Shown here: positions 52,132-62,700 of the stretch, piece by piece
Numbering within the stretch: position 1 is the stretch's first letter
How the letters are laid out: every line of letters begins with the position of its first letter
Virus record (IMG/VR): IMGVR_UViG_3300037313_000197
Coordinates: 62,891 to 126,890 of that record
Reading direction: 5' to 3' (one strand)
Source: a virus
DNA length: 64,000 nt
Position numbers and translations under genes: made by a program
Notes under the pieces: generated by a model
The model's input: only the letters and a program-made list of their open reading frames with translations
Databases searched by the model: none
Told to the model about the DNA's origin: nothing

Positions 52132-52634
52132 TGATATTCCTCCATGTACTGTAGCAATCTTTCGATTGTATTCTTGTCTTCTCCGAGAAGCCCTAGCGCC
52201 GTGTTGCAATTGCCACATAGCAAACCTCTCACACAGTTTCCACAACTCTTATTGCCGGAACAGCAGGCTCTGTTATGGTCAACAGCAAGTCTCCTGTTTC
52301 CCGGTATCTTTCCACAAACGCACTTTCCATCCTGACGTTCCAGCATCGCATCGTATTGCTCGATAGTGATACCAAATTTATAGGAAAGGCTTTGCTTTCT
52401 GTCAGATTCTTTTACCCTATCTGGGTGGGTCTTCTTATACTTAGCAGTGTACGCACGCTGCCTATTTCTCCAACCATCGGGGTCAGCAGCCTTTATCCGC
52501 GCTTCACTTTCGCGCTTACGCTTGTTATCACAATCCTTGCAATGAGCCAGATAACCTGACTTAATCCAAGCGGCCTTTCCAAATCTTTCCAGAGGCTTTA
52601 CCTCTGAACACTTACTACACTGTTTTGTATCCAT
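52128..52634 (-). CDS. Endonuclease VII-family protein
   Basis: QYDAMLERQDGKC.C..LAVDHN..VRGLLCGNCNTALG. Confidence 0.9.
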   Translation of the reverse strand: MDTKQCSKCSEVKPLERFGKAAWIKSGYLAHCKDCDNKRKRESEARIKAADPDGWRNRQRAYTAKYKKTHPDRVKESDRKQSLSYKFGITIEQYDAMLERQDGKCVCGKIPGNRRLAVDHNRACCSGNKSCGNCVRGLLCGNCNTALGLLGEDKNTIERLLQYMEEYQ

Positions 52635-52689
52635 GTGTGTAGTATATCATTGGTTTGTTTATACTACAAAATACCACTCAAACCGATAA

Positions 52690-52932
52690 TCAAAGTTCTT
52701 CATCCTCACTACAATAAGAGCAATCGAAATCGCAATCTAACTCTGCCTCACGATATTCAATCGTAGGGTAAATTTTGGTAAACGCATACACTAGAGTGCA
52801 CTTGGTACAAACGTGGGGATACTGTGGCGGACTCATAAGTCGTGAGGTTCCAGTTGGTCTTAGTTCGCCACCACACTCGCAGTATGCCTTTACCTCTACC
52901 GGCCTCATTTTCTTTTCAACAAACTTTGGCAT
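52690..52932 (-). CDS. Zn-ribbon hypothetical protein
   Basis: CECGG..PPQYPHVCTKC. Confidence 0.6.
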   Translation of the reverse strand: MPKFVEKKMRPVEVKAYCECGGELRPTGTSRLMSPPQYPHVCTKCTLVYAFTKIYPTIEYREAELDCDFDCSYCSEDEEL

Positions 52933-53612
52933 TAGAGTCCTATCCCTTCCCCTTCTTCATAGGACTGGAATGGCTTGGTAAAGGTTTCTCTACCGGGCTC
53001 CCCGCCCCACTTCTTAATGTAATACTCTCTATTTCTTTCAAACATTGGACCGGTTACTACTTGCTCACCGCCCCAATTCTGAGTTACACTTCCCTTGTGA
53101 AAGAAAGGTGCTGCTGTAGACTTTGCTTCTTTTCCACCGGCCAGCCTGATTCGATAACTCATATCATTATCTTCAAAGTATGCTGGTGTGAAGGATTCGT
53201 CAAAGAAGCCAAACTTTACAAGAAACTTAATTGGATTTACCACAAAGCATGAATAGTCTGGGTGCTCTAGATATTGCACTCTGTCGGTATCATATCTTCC
53301 GTCTCTAGTGTTATATCCAGTTACTAGATCATAGTTCCACAGTCCCATGAGCATATTTGTCATAGTACCGGGCTCAAATACTACATCGTCATTAACAACA
53401 AAAGCAGCGTCAAGATATAGACTTGATGCTTTCTTCAAACCCTCGTTCCACCCCGCCGACACCCCGCGATTATCTCGCCAGTTATCGATGATGATTGGGA
53501 CAATGTCCATGTCCACAGACGCCATCAGTTCAGCGAATCCTTGGAAGTTCTTAAATACAGGAACGATCAACCCTACCTTATTAATCAATTGAATCCCAAT
53601 CCACTTCCTCAA
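52932..53612 (-). CDS. Glycosyltransferase family 2
   Basis: IVPV, GVSAGWNEG, VNDD, GFFDESF..YFEDNDMSYR. Confidence 0.88.
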   Translation of the reverse strand: MRKWIGIQLINKVGLIVPVFKNFQGFAELMASVDMDIVPIIIDNWRDNRGVSAGWNEGLKKASSLYLDAAFVVNDDVVFEPGTMTNMLMGLWNYDLVTGYNTRDGRYDTDRVQYLEHPDYSCFVVNPIKFLVKFGFFDESFTPAYFEDNDMSYRIRLAGGKEAKSTAAPFFHKGSVTQNWGGEQVVTGPMFERNREYYIKKWGGEPGRETFTKPFQSYEEGEGIGL

Positions 53613-54156
53613 TCGGAATATGCTTCATCGGACCCTTCTTTGCTACAAAGTAAAGGTCACACGCCTTGCCGTTTTCATAGAACTGGTACGTGAGCCCGGA
53701 TAGGTCTTCATCGGTGAAATCGTTTGGTGTAAGGTTCTTATAGTATTCCCAGCCAAGGTCTACGGTTAGTGGAGAAGAGCCAATGTCGCTTGCTGAGGTA
53801 CCGTGCTCTGGCCTACCCTCGCCTGCACAGGTGAAGATTATTAGACCATTGTCTTTAGTGAGACGAACCATATTGGCAAATGTCTCTCGCCACACAGGGT
53901 TGTGCTCAAAGCACTCCGCTGATACCGTAACATCGAACGATCCATCGGGGGCGTCATAGTCAGCACCAGACACGACCAAATCTACACCCAGACCCGGACC
54001 AATGTCAAGACCCAGATAGTCACAGTTTGTGAAGAAGTCTCGGGCGGTGCCGTTGATGTTGAGAGAGCCTACCTCTAGCACCTTCACACTGTCAAACAGT
54101 TCTGGGTAGACATTTCTAACGGTCTCAAAAAATACTCGCTGTGCTTGATGTGCCAT
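53581..54156 (-). CDS. Class I SAM-dependent methyltransferase
   Basis: VLEVGS, GLD..PG.GVD, FDVTVSAECFEH. Confidence 0.88.
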   Translation of the reverse strand: MAHQAQRVFFETVRNVYPELFDSVKVLEVGSLNINGTARDFFTNCDYLGLDIGPGLGVDLVVSGADYDAPDGSFDVTVSAECFEHNPVWRETFANMVRLTKDNGLIIFTCAGEGRPEHGTSASDIGSSPLTVDLGWEYYKNLTPNDFTDEDLSGLTYQFYENGKACDLYFVAKKGPMKHIPIEEVDWDSID

Positions 54157-54302
54157 TACTTAATAAAACCAAACTTTCTAAGGTATCGGTAGATCGTCAT
54201 ATGCGATACCCCGCACTCCGCTGCGATCTGCTCCGGTGTCTTTCTATCGTGGAAGTATCTCTTACGCATCCACGTTTCATTTTGATAAAACTTATTAGGC
54301 AA
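54156..54302 (-). CDS. Small HTH DNA-binding protein (48 aa)
   Basis: Hand translation from TTG: ..KTPEQIAAECGVSHMTIYRYLRKFG. Confidence 0.75.
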   Translation of the reverse strand: MPNKFYQNETWMRKRYFHDRKTPEQIAAECGVSHMTIYRYLRKFGFIK

Positions 54303-54789
54303 GGGGCTCGCCACTTTCATACAGCACGCCATACCCGGCCTCTGGGTGGATCATACAAATTGGCAGTTTCTTAACATCGTGCGCGTATTTGACACAATTG
54401 TAAGTTCCACCCTTGGGTTCACCATCCCAGACAGCGATTACCAGTTCTGCTCGATCTACCATCCACTCGTTGCGCTTCTGGTAAACCCATGGACCGGGAT
54501 ACTTTTCTGAATCATGAATGATGACAACCTCTTCGGCCTTTTGAATAGCCCTTAGGTAATCGTATTCATCTTCCTTTCGGCAATAATGTCCTGCCCATGG
54601 ACGAGCAGAGACAAACGGAACATGAAGGTTGTATGCAGTTTTGGCAGCAAGCAAATCAATGCCTGCTGCCATACCCTGAATAACCTTTGTCACTTCCAGT
54701 TCAAGAAAGGACTCGCGGAGTGCTTCGGCCATTGCATCCATATCTGGAATACGCTCGGGACGATGCCCGGTAATTGCTACTGTTGTCAT
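54295..54789 (-). CDS. SLOG (YspA/DprA-like) protein
   Basis: AITGHRP, GMAAGID, RNEWMVD, AVWDG..GGT..CV.YA. Confidence 0.85.
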   Translation of the reverse strand: MTTVAITGHRPERIPDMDAMAEALRESFLELEVTKVIQGMAAGIDLLAAKTAYNLHVPFVSARPWAGHYCRKEDEYDYLRAIQKAEEVVIIHDSEKYPGPWVYQKRNEWMVDRAELVIAVWDGEPKGGTYNCVKYAHDVKKLPICMIHPEAGYGVLYESGEPLA

Positions 54790-54790
54790 T

Positions 54791-55387
54791 TCACTCCTTA
54801 CGAGTTAGTTTATTAGCGGCATAATAGGCAACTCCAACGGCATCACCGATGTTGTCAGAGTCAGAGTCGATCTTAAAGTACTGGCGGGCGAATGTCAAGG
54901 TACGCTGCTTTCTCATTTGTCTACCGGCGTTCTGGTACCAAGATGCGCTCTTACCGGGATTGTCAGCCTTGATCTTGTCCTTTTCAACCTTTGTCAAGTT
55001 CTTGTTTCCAATGAATGACTGCCATGTGATCGGAGGAACCTCAACGACCTCAGCGCCATTCTGCATTAGTACCGAAATGACGGCACCGTAAACATAAGCC
55101 AAAAGGATTGCTGTCTTGACATTCTTAACGGCAATCGCTGCTTCGATGGCTACATAGTCGGCCCTGAAACCGTCCGTGCCCATGATATCAGACGACTCTA
55201 GGAGCGCCTGAGTTTTTACTCGTGCATCATTCAGTCGGGTGAAAACATTCGACCCTTCAAAGAAAACCTCGCCACAATAAAGAGCCTTGTCACCCTCAAA
55301 GCATGCGTATGCTAGAGACTTGGTTGAACAGTCAATACCTAACGCCCTTACTACCGGCGTCCTTGTTGCTCTGTCCCATTTGCTCAT
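54791..55387 (-). CDS. ruvC: RuvC-like Holliday junction resolvase
   Basis: LGIDCST, VAIE, DNIGDAVGVA. Confidence 0.85.
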   Translation of the reverse strand: MSKWDRATRTPVVRALGIDCSTKSLAYACFEGDKALYCGEVFFEGSNVFTRLNDARVKTQALLESSDIMGTDGFRADYVAIEAAIAVKNVKTAILLAYVYGAVISVLMQNGAEVVEVPPITWQSFIGNKNLTKVEKDKIKADNPGKSASWYQNAGRQMRKQRTLTFARQYFKIDSDSDNIGDAVGVAYYAANKLTRKE

Positions 55388-55668
55388 AATATCGCATCCA
55401 ATACTGTCTTTGTGCGCTTAGTCTCTGCGGCTGCCTCGCACTTGGCGCAAAACTTGGACTCGTTGTAACGAGAAAGAAACGTTCCGCAGTGAGGCGTTTT
55501 GCAAACTCTCTCTGCTCCATTCATACGGGCTTTGTCCTCGTAATAACGCTTCATCAATCGTGCATTAGTGGCGCGCTTACAGCATTCATCCGTATGGTAA
55601 ATCTGATTGTGCTTCGCTGGCGTAAAGGCTACACCACATTCTTCGTAGGCGCAAATTCTACTATTCAT
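55384..55668 (-). CDS. Cys-rich hypothetical protein
   Basis: Multiple CxxC-like pairs. Confidence 0.6.
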   Translation of the reverse strand: MNSRICAYEECGVAFTPAKHNQIYHTDECCKRATNARLMKRYYEDKARMNGAERVCKTPHCGTFLSRYNESKFCAKCEAAAETKRTKTVLDAIL

Positions 55669-56075
55669 GACTGCCCTCCTAGATACTCAATTGCTCTGCT
55701 CAACACGTCGGTGTTGTCATTGGCAAATCCAAGCATCTTATTGCAATCATGGCATAGCAGACCGCGAACCTTACCTGTAACGTGACAGTGATCCACGCAT
55801 AGCGGAGTCTTTGGAAGGCGGCAGATAGCACAGATGTGACCCTGTGCCTCTGCCATTGCCTCATAATCATCTAAAGTAATTCCGAAGGCGAACTTCAAAC
55901 TGCTGTTCTTCTTCTTTCTAGTCCACTCGGGATCATTAGCCCTTTGTGTTCTAGCATACTCTAGACCACACTTCTTGCAGTGTGGAGCATAACCATCCTT
56001 AGCGGCGGAACGCTTATAGAAATCTACAAGAGACTTCAACTGCTTACACTTGCCGCAAATCTTTTCCGTAATCAA
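55665..56075 (-). CDS. Endonuclease VII-family protein
   Basis: CAIC..LCVDHCHVTGKVRGLLCHDCNKMLG. Confidence 0.92.
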   Translation of the reverse strand: MITEKICGKCKQLKSLVDFYKRSAAKDGYAPHCKKCGLEYARTQRANDPEWTRKKKNSSLKFAFGITLDDYEAMAEAQGHICAICRLPKTPLCVDHCHVTGKVRGLLCHDCNKMLGFANDNTDVLSRAIEYLGGQS

Positions 56076-56875
56076 GGACTTGCAACTGCCATTGGCTTAA
56101 TGGCAACTGTTCCTTCCCCCAGATTTTCCCAGCACTCACGCTTCACCGGGCAATACTTGCACTGCTTAGAACTCTTGGTAAATGGGCGGGTAGGTAGCGT
56201 GTCACCTTCCGCCTCCCAATTAGCACGAACTTCTCTAAGCCACTCTAGAGCATCTTCAAGAATCTTCTCATTACGCTCATTCATTGTTACAGGAATGACA
56301 AGGAACGAAAGGTCATCACGATTCTCATAGAACAGGAATCCATTCTTCTTTCCTGTTGCCTTCATGTAAATGAGAATCTGATATAGGTGATAGGCCAATG
56401 GCTTCATCGTGTTCTGTCGAATTGTAAAGATGGCATCCTTTGTGGTCTTGAACTCAGCCACAACTACCTCGGACTCGCCTTCCTCGTTTTCAATTCTAAT
56501 TAGAGCGTCAATGTAGCCACGAATCGGTGGGTCTTTCATAATCATTTCTGCTTCTAGTGCAACTAGAGAGCCAGACTTCTCAAAGACTTCACCAAACCTC
56601 TCCCCGGCATACCGGCCATTCATCATCGTAGCCATGCCCATTGCATCGGTAGTTTCCTCAAAGACATACTTGCCTTCGAATGCCATATACCAATAGCGAG
56701 GACAGCGAGCATTTCCATCATATCCAATGGAGGATGGTGCAAAGGTTTCCTTCTTTGTTACCTTCGCCTCTCGCACATGAGCCATATAGCCCTTTTCAAC
56801 GAGGTCTTCAATCACCTTTGCGTTGATACCGCCGCCACGAAAATGACGGCCCTTAGTGATATCTCTAAATCCCAT
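56072..56875 (-). CDS. Cas4/RecB-like PD-(D/E)XK exonuclease
   Basis: CPRYW, GYIDA, EFKT, YQILIY, CKYCPVKREC. Confidence 0.88.
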   Translation of the reverse strand: MGFRDITKGRHFRGGGINAKVIEDLVEKGYMAHVREAKVTKKETFAPSSIGYDGNARCPRYWYMAFEGKYVFEETTDAMGMATMMNGRYAGERFGEVFEKSGSLVALEAEMIMKDPPIRGYIDALIRIENEEGESEVVVAEFKTTKDAIFTIRQNTMKPLAYHLYQILIYMKATGKKNGFLFYENRDDLSFLVIPVTMNERNEKILEDALEWLREVRANWEAEGDTLPTRPFTKSSKQCKYCPVKRECWENLGEGTVAIKPMAVASP

Positions 56876-56876
56876 A

Positions 56877-57200
56877 TTAAGCCTTTGAAACGTACTTTAG
56901 GCTATCTACCAACTTTGTGATTGAATCCTTCAAAGTCATGTAAACATTCTTCTTGTGCGTCTCTTCTGCGCCTTTCTTTCCAATCGTCATATAGTATGTT
57001 CCCAGCACCGCGAACTTTGTCGCTAGCGCCTGCAACTCAACGATGAGAGCGGCTGCTTGGGCAGGATTCATACGTCCCTTTTCTACGTACAATTTTACTA
57101 CAAGATGTAGTGCCCTGTCCAGTTGCTCATCCTCCATGAAATCATGAAGGTCATTGAACTCTGTGATATCTGAGATTAACTCTAGTGGTTGGTCAGGCAT
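56877..57200 (-). CDS. Conserved helical phage protein
   Basis: Start trimmed to MPDQPL; ELQALATKF..KKNVY..LVDSLKY. Confidence 0.6.
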   Translation of the reverse strand: MPDQPLELISDITEFNDLHDFMEDEQLDRALHLVVKLYVEKGRMNPAQAAALIVELQALATKFAVLGTYYMTIGKKGAEETHKKNVYMTLKDSITKLVDSLKYVSKA

Positions 57201-57560
57201 ATCCTCTTCCTTGATTCTCTCGCACTTCTCGCATCCGTTCAAGGTATTCTTCCCTTCTTGCGTCTGCTATCCATACCGGCCCATCTAAGTATCGTCCGCA
57301 GTCGAAACAAAACAACCTGCTGAACTTGGGTTCCATATTAATTCCGTCTCCGTAGATGCCGGTCAAATGGCTGTGTGGGCAACGGTTTCTGTTGAGCCAC
57401 TTATACTTCGGATTCACCGAAGAAAGCATTCTTTAGATAAGCGGTTGTGTCTGGATCAGCAACACCGCTTCTCAGAATCTTACCGTCAACGTCCTCAATA
57501 AAGATGTGGTACTCATCCCTGCTTCTGATGGAAACAGTAACATTAATACCCTTTTCAAAA

Positions 57561-57884
57561 TCAATCTCGCTCATCACGTTCCTCCAAGAACTCTATATAT
57601 TCCTGCATATCAGAATCGGAGATAACCCACATTCTGATCTTACGCCCATCATTGTCACCAAGGACAATATTTAATGCCGGTCTCTTTCCTTGCTTTACCG
57701 CGTCCGTGCAAATCTTTCCCCAGACTGCCTTTGACAGTCCGAATGACTTTGAGTATTCCTTCACATCGACAACGAACTTATCGATGATTGCGTCACCCTT
57801 CTTGTGCTTACCCCGCCCTGAGTTGGGCTGAGGCTTGCCGCCGAATCTCTTGATTTCCGCTGCTTCTGTCTTTGCGTCTGCCAT
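57561..57884 (-). CDS. PD-(D/E)XK nuclease (Hjc-like)
   Basis: E..RFGG..NSG..KGD..VDVK. Confidence 0.7.
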   Translation of the reverse strand: MADAKTEAAEIKRFGGKPQPNSGRGKHKKGDAIIDKFVVDVKEYSKSFGLSKAVWGKICTDAVKQGKRPALNIVLGDNDGRKIRMWVISDSDMQEYIEFLEERDERD

Positions 57885-58087
57885 TAGAATAACTTGAATT
57901 CCTCAATGAACGACTTGTGATCGTTCTTGCACTTCCATGTAAGCACGGAAACCTCTGGCAAGTAGACCGCCACCGGAATGTCTCTATCGGAGCACCCCGG
58001 CGTCTGGCATTCAAAATCTCCCTCAATCTCAACTTGATTGAGGGAGGCGGCGTATGCCGCCTCCTGCTCATTCATCTGATACTTCAC
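57884..58087 (-). CDS. Zn-binding hypothetical protein
   Basis: CQTPGC..WKCKNDH. Confidence 0.6.
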   Translation of the reverse strand: MKYQMNEQEAAYAASLNQVEIEGDFECQTPGCSDRDIPVAVYLPEVSVLTWKCKNDHKSFIEEFKLF

Positions 58088-59084
58088 CTGTTTCTACCAT
58101 GTGGATTTCAGCAAGCAACTTATCAAGATCATCGCCATGTTCCTTGAAGTGCTTTGTTGTGCTAGTCTCACCCTGCCACTGCTGACCGTTCCACTTGAAC
58201 CATGCACCGGCCTTGGTAATCACAGCGTATTCTAGTGCCTCCTTGATGACCTCGCCAACATAGTCAATACCTACATTCTCTCCACCGTAGTAGATATCAT
58301 ATTCGCAGGTACCGTGCTGAGAACCCAACTTGTTCTTTTCACAGAAAGCATCGACTGTTCGACCAATTGGCTTTTGTAGAACTAGATCGCCTACATACAC
58401 ATTGCCCTTGATCTGCTTTGCGTCCGTGTTGGAAGAGGTCAATTTAACAATCTGACTTGCAGCAAAGAGGGCCTTCTTTCCACCATGAGGAACCTGCTGG
58501 ACATATGTCTGTCCAAGGAACGTGGTGGTCTGAGAGAGTAGCACAATTGCTGTATCTTCATTGCGGTATAGGATACCGTTGATGAGCGCGGTGATTGCCT
58601 TTGCATGTGCACCGATCTGCTTTCGGTCTTCCTGATCGTTTAGACTTCCATCCTTACCAATAAAGGCTTCGGGCATAATGTCTGAGATTGAGTCAATGAC
58701 AATAACGTCAATGTGGTTCTCTAGGAACGGAGCAATCTCCTTCTCGATACGTCCAGATGACTTGGACTGTACGAGGATAAGTTCATCGTTGTTTACGCCT
58801 AGTTTGGCTGCCCACTTCTTGTCCCATGCACCCTCGGTGTCAACCCAGCAGCACACTAGACCTTCCTTTTGCCACTTACCAATCGACTGCTGGAATAGCA
58901 TCGACTTACCGGCGCTCTGGTTTCCATAAACCAGACAAATTCTTCCCTTTGCGACTCCACCATTGAGAATCTTGTTAAGACCGTGAGAGGCTGTGGGAAG
59001 GAATACAACCTCTGTCTCCTGAGCGGTCTTAATACGCTTTGCGGTCTTAGGGTCAAGACCTGCTAGAAAATCTTCTAGTCCCAT
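58068..59084 (-). CDS. recA: RecA/UvsX-like recombinase
   Basis: GNQSAGKS, WVDTEG, IVIDSI, GGKKALFAAS, KAGAWF. Confidence 0.92.
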   Translation of the reverse strand: MGLEDFLAGLDPKTAKRIKTAQETEVVFLPTASHGLNKILNGGVAKGRICLVYGNQSAGKSMLFQQSIGKWQKEGLVCCWVDTEGAWDKKWAAKLGVNNDELILVQSKSSGRIEKEIAPFLENHIDVIVIDSISDIMPEAFIGKDGSLNDQEDRKQIGAHAKAITALINGILYRNEDTAIVLLSQTTTFLGQTYVQQVPHGGKKALFAASQIVKLTSSNTDAKQIKGNVYVGDLVLQKPIGRTVDAFCEKNKLGSQHGTCEYDIYYGGENVGIDYVGEVIKEALEYAVITKAGAWFKWNGQQWQGETSTTKHFKEHGDDLDKLLAEIHMVETGEVSDE

Positions 59085-59161
59085 GTTTTCTTATAGTTCC
59101 TTTACGTAATTTCTTTTCAATCTACACCCCTTGTCTAACCCGCAGGAGGCTCTAACTGCGA

Positions 59162-59185
59162 GGCGGGGAGATTTCTCTCCCCGCC
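59162..59185 (-). terminator. Hairpin terminator
   Basis: GGCGGGGAG/CTCCCCGCC 9-bp stem after the mazG stop. Confidence 0.55.
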
Positions 59186-59203
59186 CCTATAGTATATCAG
59201 CAG

Positions 59204-59554
59204 TTAGCGATTGTCGCCAGACCCTTGAAGAGTTCCGCGCTCTAGGCGACCAAACAACTTCTCTAGGTTCTTGTCAGCGACTTGCTGCAAAGACACACCC
59301 AACTCATCAGCAACACGAGCCATGTACCAGAGAACATCACCCAACTCATCAAGAATCGCCTCCTTGCGAGCCTCTGTGACCTGCATATCGTCGTCTCTCC
59401 ACGCCTTCTTTACCTTCCCTAGCACTTCCCCGGCCTCATTTGATAGACCGATTGTGGCGTAGTTTACAGCGATCAGAGTACCCTCACCAGCGTCCGGGTA
59501 TACGGCAGTCTTTGCCGTGTTCAACTGATAAACCTCAAAATCATTTGTCGTCAT
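59204..59554 (-). CDS. mazG: MazG-like NTP pyrophosphohydrolase
   Basis: GLSNEAGEV..VKK..DELGDVLWY..NLEKL..R..GSGDNR. Confidence 0.92.
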   Translation of the reverse strand: MTTNDFEVYQLNTAKTAVYPDAGEGTLIAVNYATIGLSNEAGEVLGKVKKAWRDDDMQVTEARKEAILDELGDVLWYMARVADELGVSLQQVADKNLEKLFGRLERGTLQGSGDNR

Positions 59555-59729
59555 ATGTTACTTCATCCTCATCTAATAGTTCAAGCAGTAGTTGACTGCC
59601 ATCCGGTGCGTAGGTCATTGCTATTACCTTTCCACCATAGTCTTCCAATAGATACTTTGTACCCAAGGTTAATGCTCCGTCTGCCTGCTCGATGAGAGCA
59701 GCCAATACAAATTCTAGATCAATTTTCAT
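59541..59729 (-). CDS. Hypothetical protein
   Basis: 4-nt overlap with dnaE. Confidence 0.6.
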   Translation of the reverse strand: MKIDLEFVLAALIEQADGALTLGTKYLLEDYGGKVIAMTYAPDGSQLLLELLDEDEVTYDDK

Positions 59730-62700
59730 TTTAGAATCTTATCAAGGAAGAGCGAACCGCCCTCGCTTGTCTCCTTTAGTTCTAGTTTCACTACCCTGCC
59801 GACCGTACACTTGACGAATGACTCCTTGTACTGCATTGGGAATGCCATTACAAAGTGCATCATGCCAAGATGGTCCAACAGAACCATATGGCCCATCTTC
59901 TTACCGGCCTTCGTGACGTAGGTCTTGTATGAGATAACTCGATACTCGCCTTCATTCATTTCGGGAATATCGTCACGCAGCCACTTGGAGAACTCAGTAT
60001 TGACATTGTTGTCCAGTTCATCCATCGTCATGTAACGAGCAACACGGTTATTGGCAACGAGCATGGCGTACATCTGTCCAGTCTCGATAGATGTTTCTGG
60101 ATCAACGAACACACCAGCGCTTCCGGACTCATCAAGAATCTCTAGGCGTGCCCAACCGTCACCGCGCTTAATTCCACGTACCATTGCAAGCACCGGGAAT
60201 ACCTCATTGTCAGTGTACTCATCCAGAGGACGGAACTTGAACTTAACACGAGGTTCCAAATCCTTCTTTTCAAAAGCAGGAATCTGTAGGTACTCGTAGA
60301 AGTTATCCCTCTCGTTACCACGCTTGGGGTTATCTGGGAAGCATGCTGCACCAACGGCATTCATTGCCATAAGCATACGACTGTTCATGCCGCTACCGCG
60401 CTCCATGGTCTTCTCCTCCAACTCAGCGTAGTTTGCGAATGGACGGTTCTGCATAATAGCAGCGCCAACCTTATCACGAATATACTTGATGTTGGTCAGT
60501 CCAAGACGGATAGCATCACCCTGAATTGCAATCTTCAAGTCAGATTCGTTGACGTGTGGAAGAAGCACTCTGATACCAAGACGCTTGGTCTCGATCAGGT
60601 AATCAGTAATGAAGTCCTTGTCCTTCTCGTTCTTCAAAACAGAAGCCATGAACTCTAGAGGATAGTAATGCTTAAGCCATGCAGTCTGGAACGACAACTT
60701 TGAATAGGCAACAGCGTGGCTCTTGTTAAAGGAGTAACCAGCGTGTGCCTCAAAGTCTGTCCACAACTTTGCAGCCTTGGCGTCACTAATCTTCTTTGTT
60801 GCACCGTCCATCCATGCCTGACGGTACTTTTCGAACTCTGCCGGGTCTTTCTTCTTACCAATGATCTTACGGACCTTATTGGCATCTGACATTGACATAC
60901 CGGCCAATTCCGTCATCATTAGCATAACCTGCTCCTGATACAGAACCTCACCATATGTGTCCTCAGTGAACCAACGAGCATCGGCGTGAGCGAACTCCAC
61001 CATTGCCTTGCCGTCCTTTCGTGCAATGTACTCAGCACCAATGGTGTTAATAGCACCGGGACGAACAAGAGCGTTAGATGCTGACAGTTCATCGAATGAC
61101 CAGACGCCACCCATCTTTAGGATAAGGTTGGTGTAAGGAACCGCTTCACACTGGAATACACCCTTGGTGTAACCATTGGACAGCATATCGTACACCTTAC
61201 GGTCATTGTAGTCAATGGTGTTAAGATCGATACGCTTACCATGACGCTTAGCAATTTCATCAAGAGTGTCCTGAATTACCGATAGTGTCTTTAGACCTAG
61301 GAAGTCCATCTTGATAAGGCCGATATCTGCTGCCGTGTTCATGTCCACCGCGACATACTTAATGCGAGGACCGTTGGGATCAGATGGATTCTTAGCCGTC
61401 TCAATTGGCGCATAACGCTCTAGAGGTTCCTTAGAAAGAACCAGACCGGCAGCGTGAATACCGCCACCACGCAACTTTCCATGAAGTGCCTTCGCCAGAG
61501 GGAGAACCTCGGGATGAGCCTTCATGAATACCTTACCGGCCTCAGACTTCTCGAATTCATCAAAGAACTCATCACCATCAAGGTCAGGCATATTCTTTGT
61601 CGTCTTGTTGGCCTCGGCCACAGGGATACCCAGAGCACGAGCAGCATCCTTGATAGATGACTTACCCTTGAACGAGTTGAATGTGGCAATAGAGGCAACG
61701 TGACCATACTTGCGACGAACGTATTCCTTAACCTGCTCTCGGCCTCGGTCAGCGAAGTCGATATCAAAGTCAGGGTAGTCGTCACGAGCCGGGTCGATGA
61801 AGCGGAAGAATAGCAAACCAAACTCTAGCGGGTCAAGATCGGTAATACCTAGAGCATAAGCAACTAGAGAACCAGCACCAGAACCACGACCGGGACCAAC
61901 ACGAATGTTATTTTCCTTAGCCCACTGCACCGAGTCGGCACAAATCAGGAAGTATGTTGCGAAGTCCTTGGGAATGATGATCGCAAGTTCCTCATTAAGA
62001 CGGTCGATGTGTGGCTGGCTCTTGTCCAGACCAAGACGACGCAGACCAGCCTCAGCCTTAGCACGGAGAATCTGGTTAGGATCACCGGTCTCAGGGTTAG
62101 GAAGAAGATCAAGACCAGCATAGAACGGGTACTCGCCAACGCTCTCAGCAATACGGAAAGTGTTCTCATAGATATCCGTTCGATCAATTCCTTGCGCTAG
62201 GAACTTCTCTCGTTCAGTCTTACCATCTCGGAGATAAATCTCAATATCACGGAAGGTCATCGTGCGGTTTGGGTAAAGGTAATCGAAGCGGTCCAGAAGG
62301 TCCATCTTCTTTGCCTTAGCCAAATCCGCAGAGTGATCCTTCTTCGGGTTCGTTGCAAGAATTAGCATTGCTTCTTCCACCCACAGGTCTTCTGGCTTTG
62401 CGTAGTGACAATCACTCGTCATCACCGGGCGAATACCGTACTTATCTGCAATGCGAAGCAACTCATGGTTGAGCGCTGGCTCATTGGAAGACATTACCTC
62501 AATGTAGTAGTTATCTCCAAGCATGTTCTTGTAACGTACCGCCCACTGCTCAGCGGTATCCACGTCTCCGTTAAGAATCGCCTTAGCAACCAAACCACTC
62601 ATGCAGCCAGAGAGAACAATAATTCCCTTGTTATCAGCCTCTAGCAGTTCGGTGTCGATACGTGGCTTGAAGTAGTATCCCTCAGTCCACGCCGCCTCGT

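Noticed and set aside
56072-56875. Cas4-like gene as evidence of CRISPR-Cas
   Set aside because: No repeat-spacer array or other cas genes were seen; solo Cas4-like exonucleases are routine in phage recombination modules.
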